From Ascidiella aspersa (lineage: Eukaryota): DNA of 64,000 bases. Location of the stretch: positions 19,592,001 through 19,656,000 of the forward strand of contig OZ004611.1 of the NCBI GenBank assembly GCA_963924565.1, in the 5' to 3' direction. The translations under genes were made by a program, and so were the position numbers. Positions 36,801 to 50,100 of the stretch are shown here, one piece after another (positions within the stretch are counted from its first letter, which is position 1; every line of letters starts with the position of its first letter). Below the pieces are notes generated by a model, which was given only the letters and a program-made list of their open reading frames with translations, did no database searches and was not told where the DNA came from.

Positions 36801-39800
36801 CATTTTTTCTACCTCGAAATAATTTTTTACCACTTTATGGGAACACATTTTACAGGACAAACAGCCTTCAGCGACCGAAATCAAAAGAAAAAAAGACGCC
36901 GGCTAAAAATTTAATGCAACAAATACCATCATGACCGACAGTTTATGCCTTTTTCGATCTGACTGGTCTGTTTGTGTGCAATCATGGACACAATTGCTTC
37001 TATATTGTCGTTCGGGTGCCGAAGTCCGCGTAGCGCCACTCTTCAAAGCTTACTGTATTAGGGCACAACTATAGGCGCATTAAACGTACCGGGGAAGTCA
37101 GCTGACGCAACTGTATACCACTGCACGTTTCAGACCTTTCGCGTATCGCCACGTTTCACATTTATGGCAATTATGCAGAAAGGTGCCAACGTAAACCGAA
37201 CAGCATTAATTTCGTAGTGAAAAAAGTAAAAAGTTTAGACCCTCCCCCCCCCAAAAAAAGAGAATAAATAAGTAAAGCATACATTAGATTTAATGACTTG
37301 ATTCCTCTTAATGCTACTGATAAGTTTGCTTACTGCGATTCGACTTTGATAAGAATTTTTAACGACGTGAACCAAAACAGAACATATACCCCGATATATT
37401 GCTATTTATTTCCGTATTTTCCCCTAATATACACCAGTGGTAAACTGTCTTTCCAAATGTATATACTGGACTGCGCATCGTCAGAGCAGCATTTTAGTAA
37501 AATGCAACGTGACAACCCTTTCGAAATGTTGTTGGAATGTGGTGAGTGCAATGGACATTGGGCAGCATTTTAAAGGCGGTGTAACTAAAATGCACAGAGC
37601 AGCCAAAGCACGTTGGTTTGCTGCATGCCTTTTGTATTGGCCGGTTGTTATTCATTTTTCGCTGCAGCCCTGTTGCTGATTGAATTCAGGCACGACTGGA
37701 AATTTCCAGGAAGCGGCAGACAACGAAGTTTTCTGACGGCGCTCGCCACCTCGCTTTAAGATTGGCGATTGCTTTTGGCGCAACTTAATTTCTGTTCTGT
37801 GCAGTGTTAACAAGGCAACCCGCTGCTGTTGGCGATTTCGGCTCGTGGTTTGGCCATTTTAGCTTTGTCCTGAAAATTTTTCTTTCCTTATACTACCTTA
37901 AATGGCCTTAGAAACAGTTAGCCCAATACGAACATAATAATCGATGTGAAAAAATATGTCCTGCAACAACTTAATGACACAACAACACAAGAAAAACACA
38001 AGAAATTTTCCAAATGTATGATAAAGAAAACAACTAAAGGCTAGCATTGTCTTCGCTGTCAAGATAAAATGCTATATTATTTTTTAAGTCATACCCCAAA
38101 ACACCATATTTCAATTTATCCCCTGGCACTTGAAGCACAGTAAAGAAAGTCGAGGTTAATGTGGACTGCTATACCATACGCTGCTTTTGATACAACTGAC
38201 TCTCCACTTCTATTTTGTTATTACATGAACTATCATGTTGTAGATTTTCCCTGTATTTTAAAAGGTGCAATCTAATGTAGAAGCACAGCTGTGGCGCATT
38301 TTAAACGCGTTACACGTGGTTGCTGATTTAAACGTTTTTTTCTCGTTGTTTTGGCGTTTAGAACGTGATATTTTGCGCAAATACTGAAATAGCAGTGACG
38401 CAATGTCTAAATAAAACACGTGACCATGTTTTAACAGAACGACCTTGCGTAGCCTTTTTACCATATTCCAATCATTACTACCCATAACGACAAAATGACG
38501 TGAACTAAACATTAAGCTCAAATCCAAATCTGTATAACATTGACAAAATCGGTCGGTATTATCCAACTGAATCAATGAGCTTTTTCAGTTCACAGAACTC
38601 AGGTCACACTAAAAAGTGAACAGAAATCAATGCAATAAAAAGATAACTGGAAACGCGTGGTTCAGGACACGATTATATCAATGGTTAACCTACGCAGGTT
38701 GATTGCTTTCCAAAATGGTTCAACCACTACCTTCGTTGCGCATCTTATTTAATGGCAAAATATATTGAATCACTAACCACGGGATTACCTTGTGAATAGG
38801 AGATTCTCTAAATAGGAAACAAAGCCTTTTGTCATATCAACTGGTGTACATTTTTATCTAACAGGGACAGGGTTACCTTTACCTTAAAAAATGCACTGAC
38901 AAGTATTATGTAAAAATACATGGAAAATACAATTGGGCAACGCTTTGTTGTATGTCGCGAAACAAAAAAACGTTATTTTAGATAAGGTTGAATTTGGCAA
39001 ATAACGGCTTGAAACGTGAATAATATATCCAACACTGTACAATATACTGCAAACTGTAATGCAACTAGAGTTATAAAGGAACTGCACCATTTTCGACATC
39101 CACAAAACTTGAACATTGACCCTCTTTGTATGAAAGGCCAAAAACGTTGGGACAATGAGCTTTCAATCAGCAAATGTGAAGCATTTTATTTCAATCAGCA
39201 AATGCGAAGCATTTTTTCTAGTTTTGCACTGCATATCTGAATGTTTGACACTAAATGCCATTGTGAGGCGAATAAATTTGGGCACAACTAGTTTTTCTAT
39301 AATTGCTATACCAATCCCGGCTATCAATATAGCCACTATGCTGACACAAGTTCTTCACTTTTTGCTTTAACAGATTTTTGCGTGTTTCTCTTTCACACCA
39401 CTAGAACCACTAGAACTTCAGTGAACAGTTTGATTCGCCATCAAAATTCCAACTCTTTTAATACCCATACTTCTTTCGAAAGGTTGTTATTAGTACAGTA
39501 AAAATAAAACAGCCTTGTACAATTAGATATAGCTGTGCGATCCAACCTCGACTAAACTAACTTAGCCTTTTAAAGGCGTCGCAACACACGTATAACCTAT
39601 CAGCTGGAGCATCTGGCGTTCGAGAAGCCAGCACACAAGCCTGCTCCAAGTCGCTTAAGCAAGAAAAGAGCAGCTAACGTGTTCGCACGCCTCCAGAGCG
39701 TTTTCCGGAAATTTATCGACGTGCGCTACCGTGGCTCGCCAATTGAATGATGTGAAAATACCAGCGGCGTCGCGCGGTGTTTCGTGCGCCGAACAAAATG

Positions 39801-41139
39801 CCGGTATACACCTTTCTTCGGAGAAAATCTCATTTTTTGAGTAGTACATGTAAAAATAATCTCACAAACATACCAGTTTTTTAAATGTCTGCAGAATTCA
39901 AAGCCCGAACAAACCATCAAAAACGTCGTAAAGTTCGCTTTGTTGTTTTCAGATTTTTTCCTATTATGGCACAAAATATTTTTTACGTCAACTATTACAA
40001 TAAGTTAGCACCCAGCATCGTTTTTTATCTACCCATTTCACTAAGAATAAAGTCACGATTCGACCAGAAATATCCGGTGACTTCATTTCTGTTACAGTGT
40101 CACGAACTTCACTCGTTGTTTTTATCTACACGCAGATACGTCATACAGTCTGTTTCGTAAGTTGTTTAAATGCTAGTAAAGAAGTGAGGAAACTTGTTGC
40201 AGCTTTTCTGGGGTTTACAATAAAGCGAAAATCTTTAATAAAAAATGCAGCAATTTAGAATTAATTTTCAAAATCAAAACCGTGGCCCATCCGCAAATCA
40301 CGTCAAGAACATTCACGGAATTTCGACGCGATTTATTGTTTGTGGACGCTTAGTTTTAACTACCATCAAACCTTATTAATATAAGATCGAGTTTGCCGGG
40401 TCCACTCCTTAATACTGAAGAAGTGTGTGACAGCTCTGACCAAGCAATCGTTTGATAAAATTGGCAAGGAACTGATGTCATAATGGGCGGAAGTTGCACT
40501 TTTTTTGTTTACGAGTTAGCGGCAGTCGGGTCGTGACCATTCTAAAGTAGCTTCATTTATATGCGGGGCGTATGTGTTTTCTGTTCTTTAAAACAGCTGT
40601 TTGTGCCTGTTATGTGCAGCTATAGTTATTTGTCGCGTGTGAATGTCCCGCTTTAAACTGCAGGCTTTTATGCGGATGGGTGTCCTCGTAAGCCATACAG
40701 TCAGGTTGCGTTATTAGTTTTGATTAATGTGTTTGTTTAGTACTTTTGACATCAAAAAGTTAAGTAGCTGGTGGTGCTGTTCAACTGTTGCTTTTTATCG
40801 ATTGCTTTTATATGCTTTTTGGGAGAAAAATATTTGCAGGCAAATTGATAGGAAATGACATTTTATGCGGAAGAGACAACAGACTTTTGTCGATCTTGAA
40901 TTAAAAGTCGCGGCTGGTTTTGTGTAATTTACAAAACATTGTACGCAGTTGCTGAATAATACTTTTATTACTCAATTTTAGGTACGAATGACGAATTTTT
41001 TATCATGGTTAAGTGGGCTAAGATCGAAACTAAGATTCTTATGAGTATGTAAACTTGTCCCATAAATCGCAGTGATACTGTACGAAACAACGACACCCTG
41101 CCTTGAGCTTACTACAACTTTGTAAAAGATCAGTTCATC

Positions 41140-44100
41140 ATGCCAATTGAAATACACTTTGCACAGAAAAGTGCCATTTTTCGACCGGGCGATTGCGTCA
41201 CAGGTCACGTGGTGGTCATTTCACAAAATTCCGACAGAACTGACGGTAGGTAACTCTATATCAGGGGTTCTTGGGGGTCCGTGAAATAGTTTTAGGGGGT
41301 CCATGAAGTTCTAATTGAAATATTAGTGTATTTAAGATGTAGTTAATTTATGTGCTTCTTGAAAAAGTTTAGGGAACGCTGGTCTAACCGAATGAGGCCT
41401 AAATTAAAACTACGATACGTATAACAAGATTGGAGATATGATCATAATGTCCAACAATTGTAAGAGTACACTAATTACCATAATCTTTTCATCGCTTAAA
41501 AAAATATATTATTTACCATAATATTATTTTTTATAAGTGTAATGTACATTCTAATCGCAGCCTTCCTGACTTATTATTGTAAAACAGTTATCAAATCTCT
41601 GCCTCAGGTATCGAGTTGGAGTGGAGAGGCCGTGTTGACCTGATGACGAAAAATAGTCAGCAGGCGACTTTCCAGGTTTTCAGAACGGCGCAAGTCCTTA
41701 ACCAAAACGGTGGGAATTAAGGCATTAACGCATAAAGGCTGCTGGTGCATTGTCTGAATTTTCAAAAAAAAGCATCGCATGTTTCCGCGTCGCGTGTCCG
41801 AAGTATTGAGTGATTGCTGATTCAAGTAAAGGAAAAAACGAAATATACGGACAGGGTGCGAATATAGGTACCAATCGGGTTATTGTGCAAATTTTGCCTA
41901 AGTTTTTACCCTCACATAAAACGTTTGTAAATCAAGTGTACTTCATTAAGAGGCGAATTGTTTAACAGTCGAAAAGCCTGAGAATCCTGAAATAAGGTCA
42001 AAACTATGTTTGTACTCGAAGATCTAATTTATTCCAAACAATCGTAGTTTTTTTTGACATACTAATTTTGCCTTTGAAATGGTGAGAACAAACGGTTTCC
42101 GAATTTAAAAACTCTGAAACCAAAAATCAGGAGTTGTAGCTACTGAATGCGGCCTGAACAGTGCACCACTTTCCAAATAAAGCGTTATATTTTGCCTTTT
42201 TCAGCGATAATGATATTGCTTCCATTGAGTTGAAAAATATTTGTATTTACGTGTCGACGAACTGATTATTATTATCGTAGTCTAAATTTTATCGACTTAT
42301 AGGTTAACTAATGACCTCGCAATTAATCATGTGCTCAATGAACACCTAAAAAGTCGCCATCTGAGTCTTATATACTGTATGTTTAAACAACTTTCAAAAT
42401 TCTTAGACGACGAGGCTGAGGTGAGCGACCGAGAAAGGCGCATTCCCTTCAAACATCGACTGCCCAGCCCGATCCCTCCCTCGCACAAAGGTGCAGCGAG
42501 TTACGCCCAGATTCGCTACTCGGTGAGTATTCAAGTCAAAGCAATTGGTTAATAGGGGGAACAGCAGAGGATAAATTGCGTCACTTAACAGGGGTACTTA
42601 AACTGGGGTCCATAGATCCCTTGTAGGTCCGTGAACTAATTTTACGGGCAACATGAAGGTCAAAACAAATATTAGTGTATATTTAGGAAGTATTATCAAT
42701 TTTTCAAAAAAAAAAAAGAGTTGAAAATAAAACGTATAAGCACTGAATCTGTTTAGACTTTATTTTACTTCAATCATCAGCATATTTTAGAAAGTCTATT
42801 TGTATTGTGACGGACATTTATGAAAAATCAGCCTACTTTTGTAGTCTTTTTGATTGTGACGTCAATTTAAGACGTCAGTTTTGAACATTTATTGCCTACC
42901 GTGGTCCATGCAATGCGTAAAAAAATTGGGGGTCCGCTGTAAAAAAAGTTGAAGAACCCCTGCTTTAGAAGTTCTGGTATAGAATGGATTGTAACTATTG
43001 GAAAATTGCGGGTGCATTTTAAAGACGGCGTGCCGGTGCCACAACAGAATCCGAACATTTTATTTTAATAAACAAGATGTTTTGTGCCTAATAATTACCG
43101 TAACGAACATGAAGTAAAAAGCATTAAGACGGTCTTTCGACTGTTTGTAAACAACGAACTATTTGTTTATTATGATTCTACTTTTAGTTAAACTAATACT
43201 TTTTTCTATCCTTAAAGTTTTCGCTTGTATAAAACTAGCAAACCAGGGATATTGGCGTTGTTCGTGTATAGGGTAAACGTTTCAATCCCAATTGAACTAC
43301 TTTATCTGAAGGTTCAAGTGTATGACTATTTTATTTTTGTTTAAGGTGGAAGCAACGCTTAAACGAAACTGGGAGGACGGCGTGATCACGTTGAGCACCG
43401 AAAAGCCTTTTAATGTCATTCCAGTGCAGGAATTAACACAAGCGCACATGGTAATGTGGTTTGCAGCGAATTACCCCAAAAGCAATACTGTAGTTTGTAG
43501 TTGACCTGCCCAAGTGTACACGGTTAAAAAATGCCAAGTGTCTATAGGTTTCGCTTTAGCTATTTACAACAAATAGAACACAGTTTACTTTAAATTTATA
43601 ATATTGTCGGATAAAAATAGTAACGAAAAGTTCTTAACGTTTATTTTTAGGCCTGTTTTTTTTGTTTGGGAAACCATGCCAGAAGAATACTGTTACCTAC
43701 ATCAGGAATAACGACCATTGGGTTTTGCCATTGTGATAACCACGTTTTTATTTTTTACGTTGTTTCGGCACACTTTGTTTGTTAGGCTTAGTTCGGCAAT
43801 TATCGCTTATAAACCCTTAGCTTTAACTTTAGGGACTATATAATACAAATTCTAAAGAACTACTTCATAAGTTTAGAAGACATTAGCATTTTCTAATAAA
43901 ACCTAAAGGAATAGAGGTGTACTTTAATTTTAATAGTTCGCGCCCTGCGTTTATTTGACAAAAAAACAACAACATAGAAGTGCTATTTCAGAGAGACAAA
44001 CCTATTGTGTGGAGTTGTTTTAATGTAATCCTGTATCCAGTAAAAGCTACATCTTGTATATGAGTAACCTTAATGTATGAGAGAATCTTATATCCTTTGT

Positions 44101-47100
44101 GCTTTATGAAACGGTAATTAGGAAGATGTCAATAATAACTGCCAGCACTGAACGTGATTTCATTGGGTCTTGGCCGTCTTTAACGTTTTAATCGCTATAC
44201 ATCATCGTTAACATGGGACTCGGTGTTCCCAAGAGAAACCGTTTTACTAATTGGCATATGCTCTCTAGCGGGACGGCAGATACTTAAAACTGAAGAACTA
44301 AGATGTTTCAGATGGTTAATCAATATCTAAATTAATGTTAAAGGGATTTTTATTTGTTCGCAAATCACTTTCCTAATCATATGAAGCCGGACGATGGAGA
44401 ACAAAAAAGTTGCGTTTTGGGCCTAAATGATTCAAAAACGCTCTGCATCCGTTGGTATCATACTTCCCAAAGCACATATTGTATAGCAGGCCTGCACAAC
44501 TCAAAATAGTGCAATGGCCTCAACAAGCAAGTAAAAAAGCTATGGGACCGAGTCCATATAATCTTTATAAGGTCTATATAACGTTATTGAGCGAACTTTA
44601 GCGTTTCACGTATTGTTTGTGTTCGTAGTCTAGTTTAGCAGAAGCGATTTAATATACCATAATAGCGTTTTGGGGCTAAATATAGATATCCTTGGAACAA
44701 ACAAAAAATATCTTTGATAACCGATAAAAAAGTAGTATTTGCATGATAAAGTCAGCCAATAATATAAAACAGTATGGGGATATTGCCTTTTTGATCCACC
44801 CCGTTTTTTTTTCAAACTCACTGTGTTATGGACCCAACAACAGAACAATTCGCGTACTCTGGAGTGGCAAAATACTCGACACGTTAGCCACCCAATGGGG
44901 CTATTTATTAAACTACTAGATTTGTAATGCGTCGCAAGCTTAAACGTTTGTTTAACCCTGAGTAACTAAAAGTGATTAAAAAAATTTCCAATTGCAATTA
45001 GAAAATGACAACAAAAGGTAAGCCAAGAAAATCGCTTGTCCGCCAATGCCAAAAAACAACAACACCGGCAATTAAAGACGAAATTTGGTTGAATGTCGGT
45101 TAACTGTCACGCTGCTTATTTGTAAAAGGGTCAAATCAAACTGAACCACGCTGTGAGACCGATGATGTGCTGCTGCTGTTTCTTTCCCTTGGTGGAGGTC
45201 GGAATAGCGCTGAACAAGCGGGGTTACTATCCTGGCGAGGAGGTGGCAATTCAAATGGCGGTCGTCAATAACAGGTGAGCTTATATCAAAGGAGTGCGTT
45301 TTTTTTACTTTTGCAGTGATGCCTCCTTGACCTACTTCCAAAACCATGTTTTTACTGACGACATTCGCACCCCTTAGGGGGGCAATTAGCAGTCTAGGTA
45401 GTCTTGAAAATAGTTTTTGTTTTCATTTTAACCTAAAATGTTAAAGGTGGCACCATGTGAAGACAAATTGTATTGAAATCTTGACAAGCTTTCGCACAAC
45501 CGTGTTCCATTAGGTTGAAGTAGGACCAAAAAACATACGGCCATTTGCAAAGACTAAATGGTTTAATATACGGGTTTCTACGCTTATCATCCTATTGGGT
45601 GGGCACTCCTGGTTTGTACACAACAATATGTAGACCCAATTAACACATATAAGCAGCTGTTTCGATATTTTGAACAGTTTGTGTCGAACAAGCTGGACAA
45701 GCAACACAACGACCGCCCTTATTTTCGACATTTTCATAACGCTGACGCGCCTCGTTAGTAGATAGACGGCGCTAATGAGACATTTGTCTTCAATGGGCGC
45801 TCTTCCGCTAGCTCATCGCAGGCACGCGTTACACTTAGTGCTGGGTTCTATACTACGTCAACGAGCTCAACCACAAGCAATTAAGTAAACAAAATATCAT
45901 CATCACATTTTCAATCATTCACTATCAACCATGACCGTGTTGAAGTTTGGGGACATAAATAACATTTGCTAATTTGTTTTATAGTACAAGATATCCCTTT
46001 TTAACAATCCGAAATAACTATATTAAAGAGAAGCTCTTAAAGTCCATTAGCATTAACACTGCAATACGCTATGCCGTATTAATCAACAAAGGATTTTTTT
46101 ACCCAACCTAATTGGAGATAAATGAATCCTATATATAAGTCTCCAACCAGTGGGCCATAAGAACATTTAAGGTGGGCCACAGACCAATTTAAAAATCTAA
46201 ATTTATTTCATTTGTGTCATCATATTTAATTTCACAGGAATAATGGCTTAGGGAGGAATTAAAATGGAATGTAAATTTATTGTTCAGCCGCAAGTATCTC
46301 ACTAATGCACGGTTGAATAAATAATCTGTTTTGAAATATGTTCTGCTGTGTTTTGTTCTAAACCTATTTTAAAGCTTTTTCTTTCGTAAAAATTCTATTG
46401 GGTCCCAGAATGTTTTTGCAACGTAAATGGGCCACGAAAGAAAAAAGGGTAAGAACCACTGTACTAGATCCTCTATTCGAAATTCTTGAACACACTAATA
46501 ATTTCTAGCACACTAAACTTAGTGTTAGAATTCTTTATAGATTCATAGTAGAAAGGATGTTAAAAATCGGTTGGGTCATAGGGTACCGACATGCCTTTCA
46601 TTGTAAAAAACGTGCGTACCGGCACTTTTTCTTAGAACAGCACACAAGTGTAAATGTAGCCTGAAATAATAATAATTTCCGTATATAACAGCTGGTGGAC
46701 AAATTCATTTTTCAGCGGATCCGAAATATCGGGAATCAACCTTAAGCTTCTCCAGCTGGTGTCGATAATGTGCGCCGCCGGCTACTCCTATCAGAGAGTG
46801 GTGGTGCAAGAACTTAACCTGCACCAAATCATCATACCTTCCAGTAGCAGCCCCTACACAATGCCTATGAAGAAGATGTCGATTCCGGCCACAACGCCCA
46901 CTTACGATACTGGCAAGGACATCCTGTCGGTAAAGTACGAAATACAGGTAGCTGGACAAATCCGAAAATGTTACGTGGTAATTCACTTTTGCTGAGTCCG
47001 ATGTTTTTAACAATTGGTGACGAATTGTTTCACCTGGCGGCTCCCAAATTACGTTTTTTTAAATAATACAGAGCGCGATATATCTTTGAAAAAAAAACAA

Positions 47101-50100
47101 TTAAAGGAAATAAGGCACAATAATGACGCCACTTTTTAATTCAGTGCTCACTATTATTGTAAAGTTAATCAGTTAATGAATATAAACGCGGATCGCATTT
47201 TAAGATCTACAGATTTTGAGCTACCAAATAACAATGATTTCTATAAAAAGCGAGTAGACAGTCAAGTAAACTATAACCAAATAGGGATAAATGATTCTTA
47301 AATATAAGTAAAATGAAGTCATATTACAACTTATTTTTATGTAAACTTACAGTCGTTCCTTAACTGTTAATAGTGCCTAAGAAAGCTAGATTACTTTTCT
47401 TAACATCTATGGTACAACAGTAGCCTATATTTGTTGACCAGTCTTTTTTATTTGGGGTAAAAACTATGTTGTCGTTAGACACCATTTGAAATTAACTGAA
47501 TCTATAACACCTCTCCAAATGCCTTGTTGTGGTTTGCTTTGGGTTTTTTATACCGAAAACGACATCGGAATTTTTCTATCACTTTATTTATTTAGCAAAA
47601 CGCAATTCAATATTTTAAATGTAGGAACCAATAAGTATAGCATTAATTTTATTCACATTTACAATTATATGACTTTTGTTAATATGCCTATGTTTAAAAA
47701 GCCATAAAAATATTAACAGCACATATGCATAGTTTTGTATACGGATGACAACACTCAAATCAACATTATTGTATGAAAATAACTTTCTCTTTTTCTGACT
47801 TTTGAGAATGTTCATATGTATCCTCATCTTTCTTTGGACACCAACAGTATTGGCCATCATATTAATTGTTTCATTTGGGTGTAGCGAATACCTCTATAAA
47901 ACTGTCTAGCAGTAGCTCTATCTGTTAAGCCGAATTCCTATTGTATTTTAATAGTTTGCCTTCTTCTTTGGAATGCCTCCTCTGGTCTCTCCTTCGGTGC
48001 TGCTCTGCGGCCTTTTGTGATCAACCTTTTATGGGTTGGTTGGTCAGTTAATTGCATTACAAATTGCCGGCCTACATTGTATAATGTTCATAGTTTCTAT
48101 ATCTCAGTGGAAACGTTCAACAAAATCTTCGTGAATAACATCTGGTTTTCTGGAAAGTAATCCAAATGTCTCTGCAGAAGGTGCACTTTTACACTCTTTG
48201 ATTGTGTACTAACCAAAAAGTTTCCCACAACCTGAAAAAAGGCCATTAAACCTGCTTTTCTACTTGATTCATGGTGTTAAACTACCTTGTTTTTCATTAG
48301 CCGTCTCACTTTTACCCAACAAATATTCCTGGTCTTAACTTTTCATTCCTCGGGTCCTCAAAGCACGAAGTTTCAGGCAATTGTTCTCGAAAACGACCCT
48401 TGCTTATCTAGGAGTTTTACATATTGCTTCACAGCCTAATGTGAAAGGTGGTAGCAAAACTTTCATAAATCTGCAAATGCTTGGTTACAGATGCTTTTCC
48501 TTATGAATAAATTATTTTCTTGAACCTCAACTATCTCATAAACCAAGGGCGACAACCTGCGGCCGTTGATTTTAACTTTGGCGGAGGTTGCGCGACTGGT
48601 ATCCAAGACCTGTTGGCTGTGTGTGTCAGTCCCTGACGAAGGCTTGCCGTGTAGTAAGCCGAAACGTTGGTTGAAGAAATATATGCCAGACAAACCTATT
48701 TTAAATATACTATGCCTGGTAGCAACAGCATATTTATGGTGTACAAGACGTTTCCTTTCAATGTCGACTAACAAGCGGTTAGCGCGAAGAAAGTCTGCAC
48801 CGCGCAGTGGGCGGGAAACGTCTGCCAACACAAATCTCCATTTAAAAACTCCAGCCGGGATGTGGAGTGTAACCATTTTGTAACCGTAAGTGGCTATTAA
48901 GCTACCATTCGCAGCCTTAAACCTTTCGGGTTTGTGCGTCGTTCGCCACCGTTAGGTAGAAAGGCACTTACTTGACCTCCAGTGTCCACTAAATAGTTAC
49001 GAGCAGAAACCCGGTCCCAAAGAGAAAAAAAGACTGAAAGTATTGCCGGTGCCTTCGCTATCACAGGCAGCCGGCCTTGTCGTTTCCCTGAAAAGAACAC
49101 GGTGGGCTGCATAGACGTGCGTCTGCTCCAAAGGGCCTATGGTAGAAATATACAAGTAGTTTGATTGCCGTTATTGCGAAATTGCTTACCGTGTTGCACC
49201 TTGCTCACAGCAAAATCGTTGTTGTGACTGCGAGAAAGCCATAAAACGTCTGCCTTCAGAGCCAATCAACGAAGATCTGTGGTATCCTCGTGAGCCAATA
49301 CTATCCGGATATCCCAGGCATGTGCTGCAAAAACAAATGTTCAAAAAGAAAAGAACGGTGGTCTCCGAGTAGGGCAAGCATCTCATCCATGAAAACTTAG
49401 GGTTTCTTGTCGCCCAAGGGAGGCATGTTTATAAGCTGCGCTGCTCGTTCCTGCTTTGAAAGCGTACATGACTGCAGCAAGCGTTGCTTAATTGCGTCGA
49501 TTACTTGCCTTCGGCCGGCGCTCCAGCAGGTCAATTAAATGTGCTACAGTTCCTTGGTCGAGCGCAGAAACTTTCTAATAGAATTTAGTTTTATCTTCGA
49601 CAATTTTTTTAGGAGCAAACTGCGCCTCTACTTGCTGTAGCCAAACACATGTTTGTGTTGGCCAGAACGTAGGAAGCTTGATCGAAACGGCGTGTTCAGC
49701 TTCCATCTTCTACTTCAAAAAGAACGTTTTGATGTCGCGGGGTTACCAGTGAAGCGGTCGATGCTTTATTCGTAGATGCGTCGATCGAAAAAGGGCGTCA
49801 GCGTAACCATGTACGCTACACTGCGGCCGTTGATTTTAACTTTGGCGGCCGTGAACGACTGAACGTGTTTAGGAAAATACATATGTTGGCAGCCGTACGT
49901 TGATGCAAACTTATCAACAAAAAATATTGATACAAACTTATCTCCACCCCATGAAATTGGAATTTTAAACTGAAATTAGGCTGGGTTTATGTTATGAGCC
50001 AGGCAGACATCAGCCTCAAATTGTGGGTCATCAGACTGGCTAAGAGTCATGTGAGCAGGCGAGAATCCGGGGGGACACCTGGCATTGACCCACAAACTAT

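Noticed and set aside
34200-41000. Many 60-100-aa ORFs between the NIPA-like and arrestin genes
   Set aside because: No recognisable motifs or coherent splice chain; probably promoter and 5'UTR sequence for the divergent gene pair.
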